Shown here: positions 49,145-58,924 of the stretch, one piece after another | Layout of the letters: each line of letters starts with the position of its first letter | How positions within the stretch are numbered: position 1 is the stretch's first letter | Sequence record: SRR20825019_616 | DNA length: 64,000 bases | Direction: 5' to 3' (one strand) | Program-made: the position numbers and the translations under genes | The notes under the pieces: model-generated | What the model was told of the DNA's origin: nothing | What the model saw: only the letters and a program-made list of their open reading frames with translations | Databases searched by the model: none

Positions 49145-51474
49145 GCCAATCTGACGACACACTGCTGCTTGCCAATGTCAGCCGCCGCGGTCTTCTCAAA
49201 GGGTTGGCCGGAGCCTCTGCGCTCCTGCTCGCAGCCCGATGGGATATTGGGCTGGCCAATGAACAGGCTCAATTCGGGGCCGGTGCCATGCCTGGGGGCT
49301 GGGTAGACAACCCGAATGTGTTTATCCATATCGACGCCAACGGCCTTGTCACCATCGTCAACAACCGTGCCGAAATGGGACAGGGTATTCGCACCAGCCT
49401 GGTTATGGTGGCCGCGGATGAACTGGGCGCAGACTGGGACCGGGTTCGCGCGGAACAGGCAGACGGCGATCAGGATAAGTTTGGCAACCAGAATACCGAT
49501 GGTTCCCGCAGCATGCGTCACTGGTACGACCCCATGCGCCGTGCGGCCGCTGCTGCCAGGCTGATGCTTGAGCAGGCCGCGGCCAATCAATGGGGTGTAT
49601 CGGTCGACCAAGTAAGGGCGGATATTCATAAGGTTGTTCATCCTGCCACTGGACGTGAACTCGGCTTTGGCCAGCTTGCAGAAGCCGCACGGGAGCTGGA
49701 CGTTCCTGGCCGGGAGGGGTTGGTTCTGAAATCTGATAGTGAGCTGCGTTTCATTGGCAAGGAATCCGGCCTGATCAATGGCGAGCTGAAATCCACGCAC
49801 CCCAAAGCAATCGATGGTGAAGACATTGTCACCGGCAAGGCAATTTTTGGCGCCGATGTGGATCTGGAAAACACCCTCTATGCGGTGGTGGCCAGGCCAC
49901 CGGTCTATGGCGCGACGGTGAAGAGTGTCGATGACAGTGAGGCCCTGAAGGTCAGAGGTGTTAAGAAAACTGTACGCATTGATGGCACGGGCCAGCCTGC
50001 GGCATTTAATCCGCTCGGGGGTGTTGCAGTAGTAGCCACCAACACCTGGGCTGCCATGGAAGGCCGCAGAGCTTTGAAGATAGAGTGGGACAATACTCCG
50101 GCCGGTAACAACGCCGATTACACATCGGATACTTACCGTGAATCTCTGGAAAAAGCGGCGCAATCGCCGGGCAAGGTTATACGCCAGTCCGGTGATGTTG
50201 AGGCCGCTTTGAAAGAAGCCAATAAGCGGGTGTCAGCCACCTATTACATGCCCCATATGGCTCAGGCTCCCATGGAGCCCCCCGTCGCCGTGGTTCGCGT
50301 AAGCGGGGGCAAAGCCGAGGCCTGGGCGCCAGTGCAGAACCCCAGGGCGACGCGAGAAGGCATCGCCGGGCTTCTGGAGATCGACCTGGAAAACGTGACC
50401 GTTCATCAAACCCTGCTGGGTGGCGGTTTTGGCCGTAAATCGAAGCCAGACTTCGTGATTGAGGCCGCTCAAGTGGCCAAGGCCTTTGAAGGGCAGCCCA
50501 TCAAACTGCAGTGGTCCCGTGAGGACGACATTCAGCATGCCTACTTCCATGCGGTTTCTGTGGATTACCTGGAAGCGGGGCTCGACGGTAATGGCAAAGC
50601 GACCAGTTGGCGCCACCGTACTCTGTCTCCCAGCATCGCATCGCTGTTCGCGCCGGATCCCGAACACAAGGCGGGCTTTGAGCTGGGAATGGGGTTTAAC
50701 ACCATGCCATTCAGCATTCCCGCTATCCGTTTGGAGAACCCGCCGGCACCGGCCCATGTCCGCATTGGGTGGTTCCGCTCGGTGTACAACCTCCCCCATG
50801 CGTGGGCCATCCAGAGCTTTGCCCACGAGATGGCGGTAGCAGCCGGCAGGGACCATCGCGATTATGTACTGGACCTGCTGGGACCAGGGCGTGAGGTTCA
50901 CAACCTCACGGTGGGCGACGGCTGGAACTACGGTGAAGATCCTGAGATGTACCCGATCGATGTGGGCCGTATGCGCCGGGTTATTGAGCGTGCCACCGAA
51001 GAAGCGGGCTGGGGAAAGGAAAGAGCAAAGGGGCGTGGCCTTGGGCTTGCCTTCCACCACAGCTTTGTTTCCTACACCGCCGTCGTCTTTGACGTGGAAG
51101 TGGATGACGGCGGGCAAGTGACCATTCACCGCGCCGACATTGCCTTTGATTGCGGGCCACAGGCCAACCCGGAGCGAATCCGGTCACAGATGGAGGGTTC
51201 CTGCGTGATGGGAATCGGCATTGCCCTGCAAAATGAGGTGACGTTCCAGGATGGTGTCGCTCAACAAAGTAACTTCGACAGATACCTGTTGCCGCGAATG
51301 CCAAACGCGCCGAGAGTGGTCCGGGTGCACCTGATTGATAATCCCGATGACGCCATGGGCGGTGTTGGCGAGCCGGGATTGCCGCCGGTCGCGCCGGCAC
51401 TGTGCAACGCCATCTACGCGGCCACGGGGAAACGCATCCGGCGTCTTCCTGTTGGTGATCAGTTGAGTGCATGA
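49141..51474 (+). CDS. iorB: Molybdopterin-binding large subunit (IorB/xanthine dehydrogenase family) with Tat motif
   Basis: SRRGLLK, EMGQG, GGGFGRK and GVGEPG.PP.APAL.NAI.AATGKRIR.LP. Confidence 0.9.
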   Translation: MSQSDDTLLLANVSRRGLLKGLAGASALLLAARWDIGLANEQAQFGAGAMPGGWVDNPNVFIHIDANGLVTIVNNRAEMGQGIRTSLVMVAADELGADWDRVRAEQADGDQDKFGNQNTDGSRSMRHWYDPMRRAAAAARLMLEQAAANQWGVSVDQVRADIHKVVHPATGRELGFGQLAEAARELDVPGREGLVLKSDSELRFIGKESGLINGELKSTHPKAIDGEDIVTGKAIFGADVDLENTLYAVVARPPVYGATVKSVDDSEALKVRGVKKTVRIDGTGQPAAFNPLGGVAVVATNTWAAMEGRRALKIEWDNTPAGNNADYTSDTYRESLEKAAQSPGKVIRQSGDVEAALKEANKRVSATYYMPHMAQAPMEPPVAVVRVSGGKAEAWAPVQNPRATREGIAGLLEIDLENVTVHQTLLGGGFGRKSKPDFVIEAAQVAKAFEGQPIKLQWSREDDIQHAYFHAVSVDYLEAGLDGNGKATSWRHRTLSPSIASLFAPDPEHKAGFELGMGFNTMPFSIPAIRLENPPAPAHVRIGWFRSVYNLPHAWAIQSFAHEMAVAAGRDHRDYVLDLLGPGREVHNLTVGDGWNYGEDPEMYPIDVGRMRRVIERATEEAGWGKERAKGRGLGLAFHHSFVSYTAVVFDVEVDDGGQVTIHRADIAFDCGPQANPERIRSQMEGSCVMGIGIALQNEVTFQDGVAQQSNFDRYLLPRMPNAPRVVRVHLIDNPDDAMGGVGEPGLPPVAPALCNAIYAATGKRIRRLPVGDQLSA

Positions 51475-52466
51475 CCATGCAAAGTCTGGATGCTCGGGTA
51501 GTGGAGCAGGCGATCGAATGGCTGGGGAATGGCCGGACGATCTGGTTGTGCACGGTGTTGTCCACTTTCGGATCATCGCCCAGGGAGCCGGGCTCACTGT
51601 TGGTTGCCACCTCGGATGGACATCATGTGGGCTCGCTCTCGGGTGGTTGCGTCGAGGAAGACTTCCTCGAGCGCGTTGCCGCCGGAGAGTACGAGCAACC
51701 AGCCGTTATTGTCCGTTATGGCGACCCGGGCAACAGCCCGGAGAGCCCCCGTATTCGCTTGCCGTGCGGGGGCATTCTCGACGTCCTGGTGGAACGTATG
51801 CTTGCCACCGCAAAGACCCGGGATCACCTTGAGCGGATTCAGCAGGCCCTGTCCGGGCAAAATGAAATCGCACGACATATCAGATTGACGGATGCAGTGT
51901 GTTGGCTGTCCGACACTGAACCAACGGGGCCGCGGGTGGTGCAAAATGAAACCGAAGAGACGGTGACGGTTCGTATTGGCCCCGTCGCCAAGTTGATTCT
52001 TGCAGGCTATTCAACGGTATCAGAGGCCTGTGCACAGTTCGCCTCAAGCCTTGGTTATGAGGTGGTGCTGTGTGACCCACGAGAGGAAGTTACCAATGGT
52101 ATGAGCCTGCCGCCGGGTGTTGAGTTCGTGCCCCAACTGCCGTCACTGTATATCGCTTCGCCCGGCGCTTGCACACCCTCCACAGCGATAATCGCGGCAA
52201 CCCATGATCCGCGCATCGATGACCTGGCTATGATGGCCGCTGTCAAAACCTCGGCAAGCTACATTGGTGTGATGGGCTCTGTTCGTACTTCCCAGGCCCG
52301 ATCCGAACGACTTCGTCGGACTGGTGGCCTGTCAAAGGAAGACGTTGAGCGGATCCATATGCCCATCGGACTCAACCTCGGCAGTAAAACCCCTTCTGAA
52401 ATTGCACTGGCCATCGTTGCGGACATGGTGCGTGTCAGGCGAGGGCGTTCACGTGTCGAGTTGTGA
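51471..52466 (+). CDS. xdhC: XdhC/CoxI family molybdenum cofactor maturation factor
   Basis: GSSPR.PG, GSLSGGCVE, LPCGG, THDP and PIGL.LG.KTP.EIA. Confidence 0.9.
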   Translation: MTMQSLDARVVEQAIEWLGNGRTIWLCTVLSTFGSSPREPGSLLVATSDGHHVGSLSGGCVEEDFLERVAAGEYEQPAVIVRYGDPGNSPESPRIRLPCGGILDVLVERMLATAKTRDHLERIQQALSGQNEIARHIRLTDAVCWLSDTEPTGPRVVQNETEETVTVRIGPVAKLILAGYSTVSEACAQFASSLGYEVVLCDPREEVTNGMSLPPGVEFVPQLPSLYIASPGACTPSTAIIAATHDPRIDDLAMMAAVKTSASYIGVMGSVRTSQARSERLRRTGGLSKEDVERIHMPIGLNLGSKTPSEIALAIVADMVRVRRGRSRVEL

Positions 52467-52555
52467 GCGGCCTGACTCACAACTAGGTTAGCGAAAGGTC
52501 CCTATTGGGTGGGATACGCTTTTACCAGCATCACAACGGAATAAGGGGAAGGAAC

Positions 52556-53287
52556 ATGGGCACGACCGACAAACCCATCGCGTTGGTGGTTGGGGCTGGT
52601 GATCATTTAGGGTCGGCGATCGCGCGCCGATTCGCCAGGGAAGGATTCCATCTCGTGGTAACCCGTCGCCGGGGAGATCTGGAAAAGCTCAGTCGTGAAA
52701 TCAGCGACATAGGGTCCACGGCAACGGCAATTCATTCCGACGCCCGTGATGAGACGCAAGTAACGGACCTGATCAATCGAGTGGAATCAGAGTTGGGCCC
52801 TATACGGGTGGCTATCTTCAACGTGGGTGGAAACGTTCAATTCGATCTTTGCGAAACAACCCCCCGGGTTTACCAGAAAGTCTGGGAGATGTGTGCGCTG
52901 GCCGGCTTTCTGATGGGCAGGGAGGTGGCGGCGAAGATGCTGACCCGTAACGAGGGAACCATCCTATTCACCGGTGCATCGGCAAGTCTGAGAGGCGGGG
53001 CCGGTTTTTCTGCCTTTGCCGGTGGCAAACACGCGTTACGGGCCCTGGCTCAAAGCATGGCGCGGGAGCTTGGACCAAAAGGAATCCACGTAGGTCACGT
53101 TATTGTTGATGGACTGATACGAAACGAGGCGACCGCTGAGTTTCTGCCTGATCTTTATGCCAGTAAGGGGGAGGGTGGCATCATCGAGCCCGATGATCTT
53201 GCCGACATTTACTGGCATCTCCATACACAGCCCCGGTCAGCCTGGACATTCGAGCAGGATGCGCGGCCATTTTCTGAGCCCTGGTAA
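52556..53287 (+). CDS. Short-chain dehydrogenase/reductase
   Basis: VVGAG..LG, FTGASAS.RG, ARELGPKGIHV.H and QPRSAWTFE.D.RP. Confidence 0.9.
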   Translation: MGTTDKPIALVVGAGDHLGSAIARRFAREGFHLVVTRRRGDLEKLSREISDIGSTATAIHSDARDETQVTDLINRVESELGPIRVAIFNVGGNVQFDLCETTPRVYQKVWEMCALAGFLMGREVAAKMLTRNEGTILFTGASASLRGGAGFSAFAGGKHALRALAQSMARELGPKGIHVGHVIVDGLIRNEATAEFLPDLYASKGEGGIIEPDDLADIYWHLHTQPRSAWTFEQDARPFSEPW

Positions 53288-53307
53288 ACCCTTCCCATCA
53301 AGAGGTA

Positions 53308-53639
53308 ATGATGATGAGTACGAATATCGACTTTTACTATGATTTCATAAGCCCCGCGTCCTATTTCGCATGGATGCGGTTGAAGGAACTCACTGAGGGG
53401 ACGGGCGCCAATATCAATTACAATCCCCGGAGGCATCGAGGGAGATCCTAACCAACGCTGGTTTTGATCCGGAACAGGTAGCGGACGCAATGGCTCAACC
53501 GCAGATAAAAACAGCGCTGATCGAGGCGACGGATGCCGCCGCCAAGAGGGGCGTGTTCGGAGCCCCCACCTTCTTCGTCAACAACGAAATGTTCTTCGGC
53601 CAGGACCGTATGGACTGGGTTAAGCGGGCGCTTGGATAA
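53308..53639 (+). pseudogene. 2-hydroxychromene-2-carboxylate isomerase / DsbA-like gene with internal deletion and frameshift
   Basis: 5' part reads MSTNIDFYYDFISPASYFAW...NYNP. After ~53427 another frame reads PEASREIL...RGVFGAPTFFVNNEMFFGQDRMDWV...*. The middle is missing. Confidence 0.85.
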
Positions 53640-53736
53640 CCTGGGCCGCCCTCAGCACCAACACACACCTATTGATTAGCGTCCGCAATCGGAATGCCGT
53701 GATAGGCGCATGGAGGTGCAGATTCAGCGTCTGCTC

Positions 53737-54306
53737 TCATCCCTTACGGATCGATTGCAAGGCACTGGCCCATTTCTCCAACTCCTCGAGCATCGCTTTC
53801 CCGGAACCTTCGTGATGCTCGCTCGCCTGGAACACCTTATTCTCATCGAGGAGGTTCCAGGGCATCTGAACCATCACGCCCTCCATCATTGGCATCATTT
53901 TCAATGTCGTTACCAGCTGTTTCGCGAGTTGCGCCGAGCGCAGACCACCGGATACGCCACCGTAGCTCACAAACCCGCACGGCTTGTAGTTCCACTCGGT
54001 GTACACGTAATCCAGCGCGTTTGTGAAGGAGGGGGGAGGGCAATAGTTATACTCGGGGATAACGTAAACGTACGCATCAGCTGCATCGACGCTTTTTGAC
54101 CACGCCTTGGTATGATCATGCTCGTATTTCTGTAAACGCGGATGGTTTGGTTCGTTGTAGACCGGTAGTTCAAAATCTGCCAAGTCGACAAGCTCCGACT
54201 CAAATCGTCCGTCGGCATTGGCGAATTCGTTGAACCATTTAGCGATCGATGGGCCAACCCTTCCAGGGCGCGTGCTGCAGATGATTGTTTGAAGTTTCAG
54301 CGTCAT
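53737..54306 (-). CDS. NADPH-dependent FMN reductase
   Basis: STRPGRVG, PEYN, EW.YKP and VSYGG.SGG.R. Confidence 0.92.
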   Translation of the reverse strand: MTLKLQTIICSTRPGRVGPSIAKWFNEFANADGRFESELVDLADFELPVYNEPNHPRLQKYEHDHTKAWSKSVDAADAYVYVIPEYNYCPPPSFTNALDYVYTEWNYKPCGFVSYGGVSGGLRSAQLAKQLVTTLKMMPMMEGVMVQMPWNLLDENKVFQASEHHEGSGKAMLEELEKWASALQSIRKG

Positions 54307-54445
54307 AGCAATATCCCTCAGTGTTGTGTTCCCTAGTGTCCAAACAAGTGCGAAAGGCCGCAGGTCTTTACCATATCTTCCCGCCGGTCGTACGGCAAAA
54401 CTGCCATAGAAAATCGATCTGTACCTCTGCCCCTAGCGCTGTCGA

Positions 54446-55030
54446 CTAACGAAACAGCCAGTTTGCAACGAGTCGAACCACTCGGGGCATGATCAAATAG
54501 ACCACTAGTGCGACGACAGTGGCTGCCACCAAACCATGACGCACACCCCATAACGCAAGCACTGGAAGTTGATCAAATATGGGCTGAAAGACGATTGGTA
54601 CGATCAACGTGAGTGGCCAAATAACCGCTGTAGTAATGAGCCATTGCTTCCAGCGAGTAGGCTGTTTGGCTTTTGACGTGGGTGGGGTGAACCAGTAATC
54701 GATGCCGGTCTGAATCTCTACCTGTTCTTCAGAGGCCAGCGCCGGAACGATGTCGGATACCAATTCCCGCCGAACGTCAGAGTTCAGCCAAGTATCGGCT
54801 TCTTCGGGTTGAGAAAAGCGCACCGCGATTTCAAAGGTGTCATGCCCTTCGGGCGGTCGTACCACATGAACGCCTTGGTGCCCGGAAAACTGGGCTGCGG
54901 CGGCAATAATCTGCCTAAGCCAGGTTTCATAGTGGTCACGGTGTCCGGGTTTCACGGTGTGCCGGATTATGATGGATCGACCAGAGTCATAGTGGATGCT
55001 TGGGGCGGCGTCTGCCTCTTGTTCGTTCAT
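54446..55030 (-). CDS. Antibiotic-biosynthesis-monooxygenase-like domain plus 2 C-terminal TM segments
   Basis: H.VKPG....YE.W, F.G..G, W..S..R, G..YWF and P.RWK motifs. Confidence 0.75.
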   Translation of the reverse strand: MNEQEADAAPSIHYDSGRSIIIRHTVKPGHRDHYETWLRQIIAAAAQFSGHQGVHVVRPPEGHDTFEIAVRFSQPEEADTWLNSDVRRELVSDIVPALASEEQVEIQTGIDYWFTPPTSKAKQPTRWKQWLITTAVIWPLTLIVPIVFQPIFDQLPVLALWGVRHGLVAATVVALVVYLIMPRVVRLVANWLFR

Positions 55031-55109
55031 AGCGTGCTTCCCAATCTTTGAATGATTGGGGGCGACGTCCTGTCAGCCCCTCAAAAGCAGTTCATGCTCT
55101 TTACCCTTG

Positions 55110-55973
55110 CTAGAGAGCGCCGAATTTTCCTGATTGAAAGTCGAGCATGGCCTGTTTGATTTCTCCCTCTGTATTCATCACAAAGGGTCCATAGCCCACG
55201 ACCGGCTCATCAATGGGTTCGCCACTCAACACAAGCAACCGAGCGTCATTATTGGACTCCAGCACAATCTCTTGCCCTTCTCTGTCCAGGTTCGCAAGCT
55301 CTGCCTCACGCAACACATCAGTGTCATTGATCTGAACTGAACCGTTCAGCACTGCCACCAAGGTGGTGTGGCCTTTGGGCACCGGCAAATTAACACGGGC
55401 ACCAGGCTCCAGCTTAAGATCCCACACATTGATTGGCGTGAATGTGTTGGCAGGTCCTTTATGCTCAAGATACTCACCAGCAATGACTCGCAGCGTTCCA
55501 CCCTCATCTTCCAGGGACACACGAGGGATATCCTTATTGAGCAACGTCTGGTAAGCCGCCGGCGTGTCCTTTGCCGATGCAGGTAAGTTGACCCAGAGCT
55601 GCACCATGTTCAGCAAACCACCTTGTTCAGTGAATTGCTGTGAATGGAACTCCTCGTGCACGATTCCCGCGCCAGCGGTCATCCATTGGACGTCTCCCTC
55701 GCCAATGAGCCCACCTGCACCCGAGGTATCCCGGTGTTCCAGCTCACCGCTGTAGACCACTGTCACGGTCTCAAAGCCTCGGTGTGGATGTTGACCAACC
55801 CCCCGGGGACGTTGAGCTGGAGGAAATTCCGATGGCCCGGCGTAATCCAGTAGCAGAAACGGCGAGATATTCGATGCGCCCATGCGATCGTAGGAGAAGA
55901 GCGAACGAACCGGAAAGCCATCACCCACCCAATGACCGCGAGGGGGACCATACGTTGTCAGAATCTTTTTCAC
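55110..55973 (-). CDS. Pirin family protein
   Basis: HPHRGFETVT, WMTAG.GI.H.E, QLWVNLP and GPFVMN. Confidence 0.95.
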   Translation of the reverse strand: MKKILTTYGPPRGHWVGDGFPVRSLFSYDRMGASNISPFLLLDYAGPSEFPPAQRPRGVGQHPHRGFETVTVVYSGELEHRDTSGAGGLIGEGDVQWMTAGAGIVHEEFHSQQFTEQGGLLNMVQLWVNLPASAKDTPAAYQTLLNKDIPRVSLEDEGGTLRVIAGEYLEHKGPANTFTPINVWDLKLEPGARVNLPVPKGHTTLVAVLNGSVQINDTDVLREAELANLDREGQEIVLESNNDARLLVLSGEPIDEPVVGYGPFVMNTEGEIKQAMLDFQSGKFGAL

Positions 55974-56045
55974 TTTGACCTCCTAACGGGTCCATCGACC
56001 CAACGTTTTTACTGCATCAATGTGACGATAAAACAGCGTACGGGC

Positions 56046-56093
56046 CCTGAATAGATAGCGATATTTCCACTTAATGTTCTATTTATGGAACGA
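56046..56093. promoter_or_regulatory. LysR-type operator/promoter module, copy 1 (upstream of pirin)
   Basis: CCTGAATAG-N21-GTTCTATTTATGGAACGA. Confidence 0.6.
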
Positions 56094-56109
56094 ATACCCC
56101 GCCATTGCC

Positions 56110-56736
56110 TCACTGCTTTTCAGGCATTGTGTTGTAACTGGTAATCAGGTTGCGGTAGTCAGGAATGTGGTTTGAGAACAGGGCTCCCAGTCCTTCAATA
56201 TCGTTGCGCCAGTCACGGTGCAGCTCACAAGCCAGTCCGAACCATGTCATCAATTGGGCACCGGCCTGCGACATCCGGTCCCAGGCCGAATGCCGGGTCA
56301 GCTCGTTGAACGTGCCGGAGGCGTCCGTCACCACGAATACGTCGTAGCCTTCGGCCAGCGCAGAGAGCGCCGGAAAAGCAACACACACTTCTGTCACGAC
56401 GCCGGCGATGATCAGTTGTTTCTTTCCCGTATCCTTAACGGCCTTAACAAAATCCTCATTGTCCCAAGCGTTAATCTGCCCTGGGCGGGCGATGTAAGGG
56501 GCAGAGGGAAACTGTTCTTTCAGCTCCGGAACCAATGGGCCGTTAGGGCCAGTCTCAAAACTGGTTGTCAGAATGGTCGGAAGCCCAAAGTATTGAGCCA
56601 GGTCACCCATCGCCAATACGTTGTTCTTGAACTTGTCCGGGTCAATATCGCGGACCAAGGAGAGCAGGCCAGTCTGATGATCTACCATCAGTACCGCAGC
56701 ATCGTTTTTATCGAGTCGAACATAGGGTTTGCTCAT
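56110..56736 (-). CDS. ycaC: Isochorismatase family cysteine hydrolase
   Basis: VDHQ.GL, TTSFE.GPNGP, RPGQINAWDN, TEVCVAFP and ELHRDWR. Confidence 0.9.
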   Translation of the reverse strand: MSKPYVRLDKNDAAVLMVDHQTGLLSLVRDIDPDKFKNNVLAMGDLAQYFGLPTILTTSFETGPNGPLVPELKEQFPSAPYIARPGQINAWDNEDFVKAVKDTGKKQLIIAGVVTEVCVAFPALSALAEGYDVFVVTDASGTFNELTRHSAWDRMSQAGAQLMTWFGLACELHRDWRNDIEGLGALFSNHIPDYRNLITSYNTMPEKQ

Positions 56737-56844
56737 GACGTTCTCCTTTCTGGGCTTAGACGGCGCAGTGCACCGTCGTCGTTGGCCCCCTCTCCTTTGG
56801 CACTGGAAAAGGGAATAAATTTAACGATAGTTCAGCCAGGGTGG

Positions 56845-56892
56845 CCTGAGTAGGCACTAATTCTTATACTCAGAGTTCTATATATAGGACGA
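56845..56892. promoter_or_regulatory. LysR-type operator/promoter module, copy 2 (between ycaC and the LysR gene)
   Basis: CCTGAGTAG-N21-GTTCTATATATAGGACGA, with spacing identical to copy 1. Confidence 0.6.
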
Positions 56893-56898
56893 TCGTAT

Positions 56899-57819
56899 AT
56901 GCAGGATCTGAACGATCTTTTTTACTTCGTGAAGGTGGTAGATCACGGCGGATTTGCGCCAGCGGGCAGGGCACTTGGATTACCCAAATCCAAGTTGAGC
57001 CGGCGCGTGGCAGAGCTCGAGAGTCGGCTTGATACCCGACTGATTAATCGCTCACCGCGTGTCTTCACTGTTACGGAGTTGGGGAAAGAGTATTATCGCC
57101 ACTGCGTGGCAATGCTGGTGGAGGCCGATGCGGCACAGGAAGTCATCGATCATTCCCGCTCCGAGCCAGTGGGTTCGATACGGGTGAGCTGCCCGCCGGG
57201 AATCATCTACTTTCTGGTGGCCCCGTTGATTGTCCGGTTTATGCAGCAGTACCCAAAAGTAAAAATCGAAATGGAGGCTACGAGCCGACGGATCGACGTT
57301 GTCAGGGAGGGGTTCGATGTTGCCTTGCGAGTGAGATACCCGCCGCTCGAAGACAGTGACTTAACGATGAAAGTGCTGTCTAAAAGCCCTCAGTGCTTGA
57401 TGGCCGCGCCAGAGGTGGTTGCGCAGTATCCGAAACCAATAACTCCCGATGATTTATCAAAACTTCCCAGTATCGATTTTGAGCAATGGGATGGACAGCA
57501 TGTCTGGTGCCTGGATGGGCCCGCTGGTGCGGCCGTTAAAATCCATCACCAGCCACGCCTGGTCACCGATGATGTCTTTACGTTGCTCAAAGCTGCTGTG
57601 GGTGGTTTAGGTGTGGTAAAAATGCCGCTCATCGTCGGTGGGCAGGACCTGATTGACGGCAATCTCGTCAGTATTTTACCGGACTGGCGACCACGAGGAG
57701 GGATTTTCCACGCTGTTTTCCCGTCGCGCCGCGGGCTGCTTCCTGCGGTAAGAGCATTTTTGGACTTCCTGGCAGACTCACTTGAGGAAGTGGATTTCAG
57801 GCTACCGGGCGACGAATGA
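56899..57819 (+). CDS. LysR family regulator, divergent from ycaC
   Basis: DLNDL.YF..VV.HGGF..A.RALG.PKS.LSRR and FPSRRGLLP.VR. Confidence 0.93.
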   Translation: MQDLNDLFYFVKVVDHGGFAPAGRALGLPKSKLSRRVAELESRLDTRLINRSPRVFTVTELGKEYYRHCVAMLVEADAAQEVIDHSRSEPVGSIRVSCPPGIIYFLVAPLIVRFMQQYPKVKIEMEATSRRIDVVREGFDVALRVRYPPLEDSDLTMKVLSKSPQCLMAAPEVVAQYPKPITPDDLSKLPSIDFEQWDGQHVWCLDGPAGAAVKIHHQPRLVTDDVFTLLKAAVGGLGVVKMPLIVGGQDLIDGNLVSILPDWRPRGGIFHAVFPSRRGLLPAVRAFLDFLADSLEEVDFRLPGDE

Positions 57820-57879
57820 TTTGGCGCCATTGCAGGCCGCATTAGCCGGGGACGTTACCGGGTTGGTCCGTTACCTCAT

Positions 57880-58623
57880 TTACCCTTCGCCAGAGAAATA
57901 CTGGCACAGGAGAACGCAGCCCTGGCGGCGATGGGGTTCGGCAATGAACATGTGGCTGGGACATTGAGATTGACTGCTTCCAGCACGTTTGCCCAGCAAT
58001 ACGTGTTACCGCTGGTGCCGGATTTTCTGGAGCTTTACCCGGGCATCAATCTGGACTTGCGGCTGTCGGATATGGAGCTTGATCTCATCCAGGGAAGTTT
58101 TGACCTGGCATTGCGGGACTCGGTGCTTCCAGACAGTAATTTGAAGGCTCGTAAACTGGCAGACGACAAACGGTTGTTGTGCGCTTCCCCGGAATACCTG
58201 GCGAAGTGGGGCACACCGAAGCATCCAGGCGACCTTTGTTCCCACCAACTGATTGAGTTTAAATCCCAGGCGACCATCAACCTGATTGGCCCAGATGGTG
58301 AACAGGGTAAATTCAACCCGCGTGCGCCCGGTAACCGCCTGATCATTGATGATGGGCTGAGTCACAAGATCGCCACCATGGCAGGTGCTGGCATTGCCAT
58401 GCATGCTCTATGGAGTGTTCATCGTGAACTTGCGGAGGGCACATTGGTACAGGTTCTTGGAGACTTCCGGATGGACGCAGAGCCGGCGCTCTGGCTGGTT
58501 TATCCCAAATCTAATGTTTTAACGGCGAAGGTACGGGTCTTTATTGATTTCCTGTTGGAGCGGATTGGTAACCGTCCACCGTGGTTGGAGGGAGAGGCGG
58601 TAACGCCATCCGAAGCGGATTGA
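57880..58623 (+). pseudogene. 5'-truncated LysR regulator (substrate-binding domain only)
   Basis: Homology begins at the linker LPFAREILAQENAALAAMG...GTLRLTASSTF. No HTH upstream. Confidence 0.75.
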
Positions 58624-58672
58624 CAAAAAACGCACCGTCCCTGGTGCCAAGACGCAAAGAAAGACTTCTCGC

Positions 58673-58924
58673 TCAACCGTGGCTTTCAGGCCGCACTTCA
58701 CCTCGGATAACGATGTGACCGCTGTAGGGGGCAGGTTCTGCTGAACGGCCTGCTGCGTCACGATCCTGTATCTCACCACGTATGACGAGCTGGCCGCTGT
58801 ACGGGGCCGGTTGAGCGTTTTCAAAATGAGTCTCGTCGGATTTCCGATCAGCCAGGGTCGCGTGTGCAGGCAGCGCAGCAGCGGCTAAGAGTGATGTAAG
58901 GGCAACCAGTACAGTTGTACGCAT
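58673..58924 (-). CDS. Small secreted protein with a duplicated 16-aa motif
   Basis: GGAG RBS, signal peptide ending AHA, and repeats AQPAPYSGQLVIRGEI / AEPAPYSGHIVIRGEV. Confidence 0.75.
   Translation of the reverse strand: MRTTVLVALTSLLAAAALPAHATLADRKSDETHFENAQPAPYSGQLVIRGEIQDRDAAGRSAEPAPYSGHIVIRGEVRPESHG

Noticed and set aside
49087-51129. 358-aa and 298-aa ORFs antisense to iorB
   Set aside because: Shadow ORFs with no independent RBS or motif support.
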